A stretch of 64,000 nt of DNA from the human T2T-CHM13v2.0 reference genome, Homo sapiens (GCF_009914755.1 NC_060927.1), one strand, 5' to 3'. Positions 42,570 to 57,500 are shown, counted from the first letter of the stretch. Made by a program: numbers and translations. Notes: generated from the letters alone by a model not told the origin.

Positions 42570-44070
42570 ATGATGAAATGTATATTTCATTGGGTTTCTC
42601 TTTTATCACCAACACAAAAGCTGGCATGATTCCTGTGTGGCTGAGTTCTTGTCAATGGTATCCCAAATCCCAAACAAAACCAAGGAGATACTTCATGTCT
42701 GACCATTCTGAAACTCATTGGAAAGTGTGAATCTTTTTCTTGAAACAAAGACTTGATTTGAAACAGCCAGGATTTTATACACACTCATATTTGACCCTAA
42801 ATAAAAGCCTTGACTTGATGCCTGTTAGAATGCTAATTGGGCACCAGGAAAGAAAGAAACTACTCACATCGAGAGATCTTGATGAAACCGTGTGCCCTGG
42901 GAATAGTCAAGCTAGGAGTAGCATGGGGCAGGGAAGATAATTGAAGTAGTGTCTTTCCTAAATTACACAATTCTCTATGTAGCTGTTGACATTTCTCCTA
43001 ATGTTTCATGACTGATCATAAAGTCAACACTAGTTTCTTCCACAGTGTTTTTCAGTGTAGCCAGCTCCTATTGATTGTCTATTGTGTGCATTCTGATGCT
43101 ATCCAAGAAGTCCCATTTTGTGAACCTCTTTTGGAAACTGTAAAGGTTGTCAACAGTTTCAAAATGATGCAGTGTTTCTTAGCCAAGCAAAATTTGCCTG
43201 AAAGAAAAATCTCAATTTCTTGTGTGCAGACAGGACCCCTGTAATGCTTGGCACCACCCTGCGCTTTACTGCTTGGTAACATGTCAGGGTGATTCACTGT
43301 TGTTGACATGGGCATGCATTGGCATCAAAAGCCTTTTCAAAATTTTTGAAGGAAGCTTTGCTTACTGCTATGAAAAGTGTTAAATTTATAACGGCATCAT
43401 TTCAAGATGTTTTGTCAAGAGATGGGAGCAAGATACAAAGTTCTTCTCTATTCCACCATTTACTGGCTTTCCCAAGAGCAAATCTGGTAATAAGTGATTG
43501 AATGTCACATGGAACTTTCCTTTTCTTGAGAGAAAAAGAAAGTAAATCTACTTTTAAAATAATTTTGGCATGAGAATAGCTCGCTTGTGGCTTGACTTAC
43601 ATAACAAATATTTTTGGTTACATACTTAAGGTAAATCTTTTGATTCCGGGTTCTGCAGTGACAATGGGTGCTACTGAAAAATTACAAGCTCTTTGACTAA
43701 GCTGTTGCTAGAGGTGGGCAAGTATGTGAACTTTTTGATACTGGATGAAGATATACTTTTGTACTCTGGAAATGGGAAAGCCAAGGAGATAGTGATATAT
43801 AGATTCCTGGCAATGTGGCAGAGTTCTTTTGAAAGTTATTTTATTTAAACAACCTTAAAATAGGAATCTGGATTTGCAATTTTTTTCCTTGCTAACAAAA
43901 ATAACACCAGTAATTCAGACTTGCTAAAGATACCCTCATTGATATGAGGACAAAAGAGAAGACTTGACTCATATTCAGTTCAAAGTCCTGGGGAATTCTG
44001 GTGTTGTTATGCACAAAATTATTCTAACCTGGCAAAATGAGTGATGAGTAGCTCTGATTCCATTTGCTGT
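42570..44070 (+). mobile_element. Degenerate autonomous hAT-Charlie (Buster-type) transposase coding region
   Basis: Frame-hopping motifs in order: YISLGFS (BED-finger region), SQLLL..IQEVPFCEPL, LCADRTPVMLG, IHCC*HGHALASK, FCQEMGARYKVLL..WLS, EKLQA, EFWC, LIPFA. Confidence 0.75.
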
Positions 44071-45649
44071 GGGCAAAATGCTGTAATATTAAAAGCTGGC
44101 CCCCAAATCTCTTTTAGAGAAAACTCTGTCTAGAGTCATACACTGATAAATGTGTAACTGGGATAGATTTTGTCGCTACTCAGTTTCTCTCAAATATGAG
44201 ATTTGGTCACTTGCCCCTCCAAGACTTCCAACTGCTTCCTGGTGTTAAGGACCCCTCTTTCTGGAAAACTTCGGAAAAGTCTGGACTTTCGGAAAAAAAA
44301 AAAAAAAAAAAGCAATGTCTATTCAGCACATTTTGGATGGTATGTGCCAGATAAATGTCCTGCTGATCCATGGATGACAAGTTGTCTTCCATCAGCAATG
44401 GGAAGAAAACTGACATAGTTCCTCAGTGTGGTCATTGTGTTTCCTGTGACTTCTACTGGAATGGCTGTGGGTGATGGCATTGGCTCAGCTTCTATCAGGC
44501 TCCCTGTGGAAGAGGCTTTGGAAGCTTGGCTTTCCTTGATGGTGACTCTGTTCTTTCACTCCCTATCCTTTCCTCCCCCACCACAATTCAGCCCTTCTTC
44601 CTACCTCCCCTCAGGTGATGCTCCAGAACACTCTCCCCTTCCTGCCACCTCCTTATCCCAGGAACTTTCATTTAGTCACCATGGAGATTCAAGGGTAAAT
44701 TTTCTGTGCCTCCTTCAATTTTTTTTCTAATGAATTTCTATGGATCAAACTCCATGTCCTGTTTCCCTTAAGGCTTTCCTGCTTTGACACCTAATAACCT
44801 ATTTTACATATAAAACAGAAATCAAGAGGTGAACAAAAAACAAAAACCCTGAATCATGTTTTTTTCTTTTCGCATATCTCCCTTTCTAATTCTTTTCAAG
44901 GCAATGTAGATGCCTCTGGTGTACTGGGGAGGGTCAGTACAAAGAAGTGGCACAAGAACACCAAAAACAAGGTACAACAATTACTATTGGGTAAACAGGT
45001 TGCCTAAAGGTGTTAGGGTGTCAGTGGGTCCTAAAGCTTCAAAGATTGGTCATAACTGCTTTGTTTAGTAAAAAGGGAAAAATTAAGAGCCAGCAAAATG
45101 GTAGAGGTTTTGTTGATGGTCACATTATTTGATGTGACCTCTCCATGGGAATCCTCCCAAAGATACAATCAAATCTATTACTATTACAAAAGCTTGATAT
45201 GTGGAAAGGGGCTAAGATGGGGTCAGTGCTGACTGGGATGGGGCAGAATGTAGGGATATCAGAGCTTAGAAGTGGAGGAGGCAGGCAGATGCCAGTTGCT
45301 GCTGACCTAGCAGAAACGTTGAGGTAGAATTTTAGCTTTCCATTGGCTATGAAGTTACCTAGTATAAGGGATTTTACTTAAAGATCAAGGAGGTAATGCA
45401 GCCTCCAGCTGTCTAGAGAGTTATAACAATGAACATCTTTGTGATTAAGCACTTATTAGAAACAAGAGATATAAATAAAGTGTGTTATGTCAAAGATCAC
45501 TACAATTTTAACTTCTTTTTCTCATTAACTTCGGATTTCTTATTTCTGAGCAGTCATCAAGTTCATTTTCATTTCATATAAACAATTTTTATTCATTTCA
45601 ACTTTTTTAGGAAGTTGCCATTAATTTCTGCAAGAAAAAAATGAAAGTG

Positions 45650-46080
45650 TACCAGTCAGAGTTGTTAAAGCAGAAAAGGATTTTACTGAAAGAACATAGG
45701 ATTGCTCCCAGAGTTTCCAGGAGGGCTGATGAACAAGCCTTGAGAAGCCAGCAGGAAGAATGGCAGGCCAGGCAGGCAGAGCCATGGCCAAGACTGTACC
45801 ACAGATCAACCTCAGGGAAGCACACTGATGCCTCTACAGGGACTCAGACATCTCAGTTTCAATCAGTACCACCAATGCCACTGAACACTGGACTTGGCTG
45901 CTGCTGCCTTCACCACTGTAATGGATTCTCCACTTTGCCTGTTTCTTTGTCCAAATTCACAGTGCCAGCCTGCTGCATTTAATTGACCAGGTCTGTTTCA
46001 GTCACCCATGACTTAAACTGCCAGGGGTGCTGGGGAACAATCATCAGGTTTTGGGGTTCCCATGCTGGGAAGTGGGCATG
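45650..46080 (-). mobile_element. Old MLT1 (J/K/L-like) MaLR LTR
   Basis: ttaaagcagaaaaggattttactgaaag...ccaaattcacag...taattgaccagg...ccaggggtgctgggga. Confidence 0.5.
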
Positions 46081-46229
46081 AGCAGTGAATGGAGTTAATA
46101 GAGGGATGATATACCAGGAAGTTAAAAAAAAAGAAATTACAGTCATCTACAATATTGAGAGAAATGATTTTTTATAAAAAGCAGTTTTTCTTCTATGCTG
46201 CCTATGTGAAAGCAATAAATATCCAAAGC

Positions 46230-46658
46230 AATGTTATGAGTAGTGTATTAAAATTAACATGGGTATTTTAAGACTTCTTTGGGAGGTGAGAGCAGGTCCA
46301 TATGTACATACAAATCATTTTTGAGATGGCCCCTGGAGGGGGTTCTGTGGTAAGAACCTGAGGAGGGCCTCTTAGAGTAGTCCTGATTGATAGTTGTCAA
46401 GAAAACAGGGACTTTACTTGACAACTACAAGAATCTTAATTTTTCCAACCACCAGTGAACTTGGAAGAAGACTTCAAGTTTTTGATGAGATCATGGCATT
46501 GACTGACATCTTGATTTCAGCCTCGTGAGATGTTGATTAGAGGACCAAGTTATCCTGCTCTGGACTCCTTACTTAAAGAAACTCAGATATTAGATTTGTG
46601 TTGTATTAAGTTGCTAAATTTATGGTAATTTGTTATGCAGCAATAGAAAACTAATACA
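46230..46658 (+). mobile_element. MLT1E/F-like MaLR LTR
   Basis: caagaaaacagggac...acatcttgatttcagcctcgtgaga...ggtaatttgttatgcagcaatagaaaactaataca. Confidence 0.8.
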
Positions 46659-46669
46659 GTGACAAATAA

Positions 46670-47700
46670 AATATTACCAAAATGTTCTTCAATAGGGACA
46701 GATTAAGTAAATGATGATACATTCACACAATGGAGTAATATTAGTTTTAATAGGAATAAAGAATATCTGTGTGAGGTGTTTTTATATGCTAACTTTTGTA
46801 TAAGAAAGACTATGAATACATACACACCAATGCTTATATTTTCAATATGAAATAGTAGGATGATAAATCAAATTAAATAAAAAATGGTTACTTAGAAGAG
46901 GAGTCAAGGACCAAAGAGAAGAAAACAGGATTGACAAGAGAATTTTGTAAATATACCTTGTTATGTTTTTGACTTCGGTACTATGTAAAATGTTTACATA
47001 ATGAAAGCTAAAATTAAATAATAAAAAGAAATCCCTAAACATTAAAAATGGAAATAAACAAACCTAGCTGCATATCAATTTGGTAGCAAAATTACACAGA
47101 TAAATTTATTATTTAAAGTGACTTTAAAGCACAGTATTTTGACTATTTCTGCTTAGTGGGATGTATCTAAGGACAGATTTATGTATATGGCCTAGGCAAC
47201 CACTAATTGACTTCAAGTAGGACAAACACAAAGAAGTCCACAATCAGGTGCATTATAGAAAATGCTGAAAAACAGACAGAGAGAAAATCTTGAAAGGAGT
47301 GAGAAACAAATTGAGTAATTTCTTCATATACGCACAAGCCCCAATAAAATTAATAAATGATTTCTCATCAGAAACAATGGAAGCCAGAGATAGTGGGATG
47401 ACATATTCAAAGAGCTGGAAGAAAAAAATTGTCAACTAAGAATCTTTTATTCTGCAAAAAAGATGAAATAAAGACATTCCCAGAGCAACAGAAAATGAGA
47501 CAATTAGTGGCTAGGAAACCCACCTTACCTGAAATACTAAAGGAAGTTTTTCACACTGAAAGCAAGTGAGTCCAGATCTTCATTCAAATGCACCCCCTAA
47601 AACAAAGAGTACTGGTAAAGGTAATTGTGTAATATAAAATAAGTATAAATAAAATATTTCTTTTTATTTCTTTTCTTAGGTACAGTTTAACAGCAATTGT
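46670..47700 (+). mobile_element. Old L1M fragments (3' region and ORF1 region)
   Basis: gatttctcatcagaaacaatggaagccagag...acatattcaaag...tgaaataaagacattccca. Confidence 0.7.
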
Positions 47701-47719
47701 ATAAAACAATATGCATATA

Positions 47720-48588
47720 CAGTTGAACTTTGAACAACATGGGTTTAAATTGTGTGGGTCCCCTTATATGTAGATATCTTTCAATAAATATATTGGAAAA
47801 TTTTTTGGAGATTTGTGACAATTTGAAAAAAAACTCATTGATGAGCTGCTTAGCCTAGAAATATAAAACAATTAAGAAAAAGTTAGGTATGGCATGAATG
47901 CATAAAATATATGTGGAGACTATTTTATCATTTACTACCATAAAATGTATAAAAATCTATTATAAAAAGTTAAAATTGATTAAAATTTATGCACACAAAC
48001 ACTTACAGGCCATACATGGTGCCATTAGCAGTCAAGAGAAATGTAAACAAATAAAAATATGCAGTGTTAAGTCATAGTTGCATAAAATTAACTGTGATCA
48101 TACTGTGCTACTGTAATAATTTTGGAGCCACCTCCTGTTGCTATTGTGGTGAGCTCAAGTGTTGTGTATATCTCCTTAAAATACCATATGATGCTAATCA
48201 ACTCCACGTGAACAGGTCACCTCTCTGATAAACTTCTGATTGCAGTGCAAAGTGATCTCTCATGGTTATTTTATATTTTTCATCATGTTTAGTGCAATAC
48301 CATATACCTTGAATAGCACCACGAGACCTATATGAAGTGCCACTAGTGAAGCTGTATGTGCTCCTGAGAAGCAGAGAAAAATCATGACATTACAAGAAAA
48401 AGTTGAATTGCTTGATAGTACTATTGATTGAAGTCTGCAGCTGCTTTTACTCACCATTTCAGACAGGTGATTCATCTTGTAAACAGGCAACACAAATTAT
48501 GGTATCAATAAATACAGTACAGTACTGTACATGTATTTTCTCTTCCTTATGATTTTCTTAGTGACATTTTATTTTCTCTAGATTACGT
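47720..48588 (+). mobile_element. Tigger2-family (TcMar-Tigger) element, internally deleted/3'-truncated
   Basis: TA then TIR cagttgaactttgaacaacatgggtt; transposase start cagagaaaaatcatgacattacaagaaaaagttgaattgcttgat. Confidence 0.9.
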
Positions 48589-48589
48589 T

Positions 48590-49060
48590 GGCATTGGAGC
48601 CAACTAGAAGGGAGTTCCCTCGTGGATGGGACAATGTGAGCATCAAAAGGAATGACTGCATCAAACTGAAACACAACACATATATAAAAATCAGTGAGTT
48701 TGTAATGATACCAAATCAAAACTAACAAAATATCTCACTATTCACCACTGGAGGTTGCCAGAGCACCAATTATTTCTCTGAAAAACTGAGCAAGAAAAAT
48801 AATCAAGCTTATCTGCCTTACCTGTATGAATAGTATATGTATGTAATCAAAAAGCTTGTGAGTGAAAATCATTCTTTATAGAAGAATTATAGCTAATAGA
48901 TACAGATAGAATAGCAGTATTAGAAATTTACTTATTTGCAAGTCCTAATGAAATAATGCTTCCAGGCAACATTCATGTATAAATGACAAAAGCATGAGGT
49001 AAAATGTGGATGGAATAATTTTATAATGGAGAAGTCAGGCTGATGCAACCTAAACCCTCT
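48590..49060 (+). mobile_element. L1MC/MD 3' region fragment
   Basis: gggacaatgtgagcatcaaaag...gagtttgtaatgata...ttctttatagaagaatt. Confidence 0.55.
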
Positions 49061-49077
49061 GACTTCATATTTGAAAA

Positions 49078-50065
49078 AATAGCTTTATTGAGAAATAATT
49101 CACATACAATAAAATTCACCCCTTAAAGTATACAATGCAGTGGTTTTTAGTGTGGCCACGAGCTGTGCAACCATCACCTCTCTGTCAAAAGACAAAATTA
49201 CAACAAATTTAGTTGAAAGATATTAATTAATTGGCTTTTATTTGCAATTTTAGAATAAAACAACACCTCATTCTGATGAGCTGAGTAGAGAAAGTTGGCT
49301 TCATAGACAGAAAGGGCTGAAGAAAGTAAGACCAGGGATCTAAAGACGGATTGGTCATTTCAAAGTCACTTTCCCTGTAGAGGTTAAAGCAGAGAGGACT
49401 TTCTTACCATCCCAGCTGAAAGTGGCCTGTGTGGGGATTTGACTGTTATCCCTGTCTTCTGATTTCTTGAAGGTCAGATGAACAACTTAGCTTCAGCACA
49501 GATGAAACTTCAATACAAGTGATTCCATTTTGGTTAGGTCTGTTGGGCCTAGTGCAGGAGCTCAGTCCAAACCAATGGTCCTGTATAAATTTTATTTAAC
49601 AACTACTTAATTTCAAAACATTTTTCATCACTCCAAAAAGAAGCTCCATAGTTATTAGCAGTAATTCACCATTCCTCCCTCCTACCAGTTTTTGGCAACC
49701 ACTAATCTACTTTTTCTCTCTGTGGATTTGTTTATTCTGAAAATCCATATAAACAGAATCTTGAAATATGTCTTCTTTTACTTACTATAATGTTTTTATG
49801 TTTGTCCATATTGTAGCATGTATCTGTACTTCATTCCTTTTAATGGTTAAATAGCATCCCATTGTATGGATGTAACACATTTTGTTTATCCATTCATTAG
49901 CTGATGGACATTTGGGTTGCTTCAATTTTTGGCTCTTGTGAAAAATACTTCTAAGAGCATTTATGTACATTTTTTTTTTGTGTGGACATGTGTTTTCTGT
50001 TCTCTTGGTTCTATACCTAGGGGTGGAATTACTGGGTCATATGATAGCTTATGTTTAACTTTAAA
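49078..50065 (-). mobile_element. L1MB-like 3' end split by an ERV1 LTR
   Basis: agctttattgagaaataattcacatac...tgtgcaaccatcacc / aatttcaaaacatttttcatcac...ggtggaattactgggtcatatg. Confidence 0.85.
49183..49601 (-). mobile_element. ERV1 solo LTR, same family as 3703-4134
   Basis: - strand starts tgttaaataaaatttat...ggactgagctcctgcactaggcc and ends ...ttttgaca. Confidence 0.85.
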
Positions 50066-50146
50066 ATGTGGTTTCATCTTAGTATTACTAAAAGTGGTAT
50101 TAACCCTAAAAAGGAGGCAAATAAGCACATAGTCAGAAATGGGGGT

Positions 50147-50498
50147 TGTAACCCAGGTAGCAGTCAGAGACTGCAGCACCAGTGAGAGTCAACAGGGCTT
50201 TTAGATTACCTAAACTGTGTGTCAGATTATTTCACCAGTTGATTAAACAAAGAAGTCTTTTATCATTAGTGGAATAGTGCATTTGCATTAGTTAGTCAAG
50301 GAAAGCTATAAACAGTATGTCCTTAAAGACTGAGGATCAATTTCATTGTGTTGTGTATTGTTGAGAGCATAGATGTTTATGAAGGAAATGTTTTTACAGT
50401 TTCTTTGTCCATTTCAAAGTTCATCAGCAATTCAGTGTGGAGTCAGTAGCCCAAGATGGAATCACTGGTGTCAAGCCTGGACCACTGCTAAGCTCACA
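50147..50498 (-). mobile_element. Probable ERV solo LTR (family uncertain)
   Basis: TG...CA bounded ~350 bp; ccatcttgg motif near the 5' end of the - strand; no clean TSD. Confidence 0.4.
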
Positions 50499-50610
50499 GT
50501 GGGAAAATCCAGTATTGTGCGCATCAGAATGAGATGCAAAAAATTACACAGCATACATACAAATTATTCCAGCCTAAACAATTGAACTGAATATAATAAA
50601 GCATCTCGAT

Positions 50611-50801
50611 CAGGAATCTGCAAGCTTTAGGTTTTGTAAACCATACCATCTCTGTTGCATCTTCTCAACTCAGGTAGTGTAGCACGAAACAAGTTATAGA
50701 CAATATGTAAATAAATGGCATGGTTGGCTTTGCCCCAGTAAAACTTTATTTACAAAGCCCACAGAAGGTCAGATTTGGCCCACGGACCATGGTGTGCCAA
50801 C
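50611..50801 (+). mobile_element. MER58A (hAT-Charlie)
   Basis: tctctgttgca...tcaactc...agacaatatgtaaataaatgg...ccagtaaaactttatttacaaa...gatttggcccac. Confidence 0.85.
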
Positions 50802-51230
50802 AGATTTGAGATCTCACAACGATTTGCAGGAAACTGGTGACTTGGTTCCTCCAAAAAAAAGGTCAACGGCATGAAAAAGGCTTACATTCCACTTCTTAAA
50901 TACTGGCTTACAATGTATTTTTCAGTAGTCTTATTGTGCTGCCCCTTCTCCTGGTGATAAAGGGTTCCTCTATCTGTACCAATTATAGTTCTCCATCCCG
51001 GTTGCTACAGCAATCACTCACAGATGTGAACATTTGCTCTAAGGTAGACCAGTCAATTTTTCCCCTAGCACTCTTTTTTTTTTTTTTTTTTTTTTTTTTC
51101 AAGTGAAGTGCTCTGGTTGTGAGAGCATGTGAGAGTATACAAGGCCCAAGATGACTCTTATCAGAGTTTCAGGTTTGAGTGGCCGCTGATCTTGAGAAAA
51201 TGAAGCTAACCTGAAAAGAGAAGGAGAGAG

Positions 51231-51388
51231 GTGTATGTGTTTTTGTGTATGTGTATGTGTTTGTGTGTGTGTGTGTGTGGGAGAGAGAGTGAGAGAGAGA
51301 GAGAGAGAGACAGAGAGACAGAGAGACAGAGAAAGAGACAGACAGAGGCAGAGAAAGGCAGAGACAGAGAGACAGAGAGAGAGAGAGA
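51231..51388. repeat. Compound (TG)n-(GA)n/(GACAGA)n microsatellite
   Basis: Directly visible. Confidence 0.95.
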
Positions 51389-51814
51389 ATGACAAGGGGG
51401 GAGACATGTTATTTGCAACTAAAGAGTTCTATTTAATTTTTCACTCCTAAATAATTCTGAGAAGATTAAACATAATATGTGTAAAATTCCTGGCATCATT
51501 GTGTATTAAATCACAAATTGCTTACTCTATCTCTATTGTTTATGTGCCTGGTTTTACAAGTAGACTGCCAGCTCCACGTAGGCGGGAAACACATTCTACC
51601 CTTCCTTGCTTTCCACAGTATTTAATGTAAGCTAAATTAAATTCTGTGAAAAAGATACTCTGTATTAACATATAAGAATATGAAGTTGTATTATTTGATT
51701 AGCAGCAGAATGACCTGTAATATCTTCTAATGAAAGTAGACTTGTTTTCTGTAAATTTATCACAAGTTAGAAGTGACATTTTAATTGAAGAGTCTTTTCA
51801 GAAGTATTATTATT

Positions 51815-52118
51815 GTTATTTATTATTATTTCTTTTTGAGATAAGAGTCTTGCTCTGTTGCCCAGGCTGGAGTACAGTGGTGCAATCTCGGCTCACTGCA
51901 ACCTCCGCCTCCCGGTTCAAGCAATTCTCCTGCCTCAGCCTCCCCAGTAGCTGGGACTACAGCCATGTGCCAACATACCTGGCTAATTTTTTGTGTTTTT
52001 AGTAGAGACGGGGTTTCACTGTGTTAGCCAGGATGGTCTTGATCTCTTGACTTTGTGATCCACCCATCTTGGCCTCCCAAAGTGCTGGGATTACAGGTGT
52101 GAGCCACCGTACCCGGCC
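51815..52118 (-). mobile_element. AluSc-like
   Basis: gttagccaggatggtcttgatctc diagnostic; TSD cagaagtattattatt at 51799-51814 and 52119-52134. Confidence 0.96.
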
Positions 52119-52764
52119 CAGAAGTATTATTATTACTTTTACATTTAGTAGAAGAAATATCATTAAATTTTAAAGAAAGTTTTCCTTGGAAGTTCATGGA
52201 TGAAATGTTATTGTGCATGTAATTTAGGCTCTAATGTTGACTATTTAAGGCATATTTTTAGCTTAATTGCTGGAAAGCAATATCACAAGCTGAAATCATT
52301 TTATAATGCAGGAAGACTTAAAATTATAGTGAACATGTCATTTGGAATAATTGGCATTCTAAACAAAGTCTGAAAGAAGTCATTACAGGTATTTAAAGCA
52401 ATTAGCTGATGGTTTTTAAAAGACCCATACAAGTTGAATTTATTTACTTTATACATTTAATGGCTTTAAATATATAATACTAAAATTTCTGTTCTAGTTT
52501 TTAAATAAGTAACTGAAATTCTTCTATTTTTTCTAAAAATCAAATTGCCTAGAACACTAAAATATCTATTGGTGTTCTAAATATAATGCTTACTTAGTTA
52601 CCAAATTTGATGCCAGACCCACATTAAAAAGTTTTAAAGCAAATATTAATATATTCTAGTTATAATATCTAGGTGAGGTGTATCCTATAGCTTTTTCTTT
52701 ATAGTTAATGCTAATTTTTAAAAACTCTTTAAAATTTTATTGTGCATAAGTTTACATTTTTAAA

Positions 52765-53090
52765 ACATTATTTTTATTTTTAATTTACATACAATTGTAC
52801 ATATTTATGGGGGATGGTGTGATGTTTTGATTCATGTAAACAATGCGTAGTGATCAAATCAGGGTAATTAGTATACCTGTCACCACAAATATTTATTTTT
52901 TTGTGGTGGAAACATTCAAAATCCCCTCTTCTAGCTATTTGGAGATACACAATACCTTGTCGTTGACTATAGTCACCCTACTGTGCAATAGACTACTGTG
53001 CAATAGAACACCAGAACTTATTCTTCCTTTCTAATTGAAACTTTGTGCAAATTGACCAACCTTTTCCTATCTCCCCTGCTCTCCTACCTG
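52765..53090 (-). mobile_element. L1MA 3'-end fragment
   Basis: aattgtacatatttatgggg...gatcaaatcagggtaattag...tatagtcaccctactgtgc...gaacttattc. Confidence 0.88.
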
Positions 53091-53429
53091 CTAATGCTAA
53101 TTTTCTCATTCTCAGGAAACATTATAATTAAATAAAAATTTGTCACCTCAATAGATATTTCCTTATTTATACTTACACATAAAATTAATTTTAAAAAATG
53201 TCCTAAGGATATATTTTCTTTTTTTGCTTCACGTACTTATGAGCATAATTTGATTTACAAAAGTTATGGGAAGACAAACTATTATGCTTTTGCTTGAGTT
53301 TAAATCTATATTTACTTTTATGTAAATAAATACAAAAAATTATATTCTTGACTTTCATTTCTGTCTATGATGGATTAATAGAGAGAATAATTATAATAAA
53401 AAAATTAAATAACCAAACAAAATATATAA

Positions 53430-54610
53430 AGCCATAGTTTTTAGACATTGGAGAACAGGAAGCACAGGAAAGTGATTTCTGAGTAAACAGAACAAATAGG
53501 GTAAGCTGTATGATTGCATTAGATTACAGGATAAAGAGAGTTTCCAGGCTTCAGCACAGGGAAAGGGAGCTCAAACAGAGCCTGGAGTCTCTCTTAACTA
53601 AGGAGACGGAATGCAGAGTTCACAAAGGCCAATGCATTTATAATGGAAAGGACAGAATACAGAAGAGAGAGCTGCCCATAAAGGAATTCTGAAGATCTGG
53701 CTCTCAAATAGCACATGGAGCTCACACAATGCCAGGAATAGTTTGTGTTTCAAAAATGTTTGCTGAGCCCCACGCTATACTAATTGCTGAGCTCTACCCT
53801 AGACTAAAAGCTGTTCTAAACCTGCCTAATAAAGCTGAAAAGCAAATTTCAAAAGTATAAAACTATTTCCAAGCAAATTAACCACTTTTTAGAACAAAGC
53901 CTAAAAACATTTAAAGGAAAAGAGTCTAGTGTACATTTCCAAGAAACTAAACTGCATCCCTGAACAATGTCCAAAAATACTTAAAAAAATACAAAGCGTC
54001 CAGTATCTAACAATGTGAAAATCACACTGTCTGGCATCTAATAAAAAATTACCAAGGCATCCAAAGAGGCAGTAAAATATGACTTAAAATGAGGGAAAAA
54101 GTTAACTACTAGAAAGAGAAATGACATTGATGACATAATTAGTAGAAAAGGACGTTAAATCAGTTATAATAATATACTTCTGTGTTGAAGAAGGTAGAAG
54201 CATAGTGAAGAGAGAAATAGAAGAAACAAATAAAACCTAAACTGACTTTCTAGAAATGAAAAAAAACAGAATGTATGAAATAAAAAGTACACTGAATGGG
54301 ATTAACAAGAAATTAGGCACTACAGAAGGAAATGTAGTGACCTTGAAGACATAGTAACCAAAACTATCCTAATTGAAACACTGAGAGATAGAAGACTGAA
54401 GAAGATGAGCACAGCACTAGTAAACTGTGCTTCAGTTTCACTTGTCAATGAAGTCATACATGTGTCATAAGAATTACAGAGAGAGAGGAGAGAGATGAGA
54501 AGGGGGCAGAAAAAATATTTTATGAAATAATGGCTGAAATATTACCAAATTTGATAAAACCATGAGTCCCATAGATTTTAGATCAACAGAATTCAATCAG
54601 AAAACACATG

Positions 54611-54656
<46 letters not shown>

Positions 54657-56200
54657 ATAAACCAGATAATTGAATTGCTTAAAACCAGGAATAAAGAGAA
54701 AATAATTACATAAGTCAAAGAAAAAAAAAGAGACATATTACATACAGAGAAACGAAGAATGACAAAGAAAGAATATAGCCAGAAAATAATGGAGCAACAA
54801 ATTTAAAGTATTGAAAGAAAAAAACCTCCATCATTGTAGAAATCTGTGCTTAGCTAAAATATGTTTAAAAGATGAAGGTGAAATAAAGGGTTTGTCAGAC
54901 ATTAACAAGCTGACAGAATTTATCACCAGCAGAGCAGCACTACAGGAAATGTCATAGTAATCCTTGAAGGAAAAAGAAAATGATGACAGATAAAAATTTA
55001 TTTCTACTCAAACGAATGACAAGAACTAGAAGAATAAATATTTGGATAAATATAAAAGAGTTTTCTTTCTTATTTCAAAAATCTCTTTAAAGAATACTTG
55101 TTTTAAGCAAAAATGGCAACAATGTATGGTTTATAACACATGTAGAAGAAAACTGTATGACAATAGCAGTACAAAGTCCAGGATTGGGAGAAATGAAAAT
55201 AAGAGTGTTATATAGAGTTCTTATGCTATGTATAAAGTAGTATAGTATTAATTTAAGGTAGAGTACAATAGCTTAAATGTATATATTATAATCCTAGAGC
55301 AAGGGCCAGCAAATCTTATAAATATTGAAAAGAATATATTATGAATACATAATGAACAATTTTATGCTAATCAATTCAACAGCTTAGATGAACAGAAAAT
55401 CCTTTAATAGATAAAAACTTCTAAAGCTCAAGAATAGATTACTTGAGTAGCCCAGATCACATGGTGAATTCTACCACATAATTGGGAAAGAAATCATAAC
55501 AATTCTATGCAATTTTTTTTTCCAGAAAATAGGAGAGGACACTCATTTTATGAGACCAGCATAATCCTAATGCCATTAAATCAAAAACATTGTAAGAAAG
55601 CTAGAGATCAATATTCCTCATGGACATAAATGCAAGAATTAATTTAAAAACTAGTAATTTGAATTGAGCAATGTTATAAAAGGATAATACATTATGTCCA
55701 AGTGGTGCTTATCCCAGGAATGCAAGGTTGGTTTCACAGTCAATGTAATTTACAATATTAACAGACAAAAAGAAAAAAAGTATGAATGTCTTAAAAAGAT
55801 GTGGAAAAACATTTGACAAAAATCAACATTCTTTTCAAATAAAAATTATTAAAATCTAGGAATATAAGAGAATTTTCTCAACTTGATAAAAGGCATCTAT
55901 TAAAAACTTCCAGCTAACATTGTACTTGATAAAAGGCTGAATGATTTCCTCTCAATATTGGTAACATGGCAAAAGTGTCTACTCTCACTACTTCTCCTTA
56001 ACGTTGTAGTAGAGGTCATAGTCAGTGAAATAGGCAAGGAAGAGAAATAGAAGTCATACAGATTGGAAAGGAAGAAATAAGACCATCTTTATACATAGAC
56101 AGCATGATAATTTATGTAGAAAATCCTGAGGAATCTGTAAAAGGTTACTAGAAGTAATATGTAAAGTTGGCAAAGTGTTAGGATACTAGGTAAACAAAAT
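53430..56200 (+). mobile_element. Old L1M (5' region, ORF1 and ORF2 fragments) with (CA)n at ~54613-54654
   Basis: ORF1 motifs (gaaataatggctgaaa, gaaggtgaaataaagg) and ORF2 motifs (atcccaggaatgcaaggttggttt, gattggaaaggaagaaataa). Confidence 0.8.
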
Positions 56201-56202
56201 CG

Positions 56203-57500
<1,298 letters not shown>

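Noticed and set aside
44070-44420. Possible ERVL LTR interrupting the hAT fossil
   Set aside because: LTR-like, but I could not define its family, termini or TSD, so it is not listed as a feature
51074-51230. Poly(T) run followed by unique sequence as a possible second retrocopy
   Set aside because: No poly(A) signal, TSD or recognisable parent
51099-51450. Ser/Leu, Thr/His and Arg/Glu-rich ORFs
   Set aside because: Translations of microsatellites
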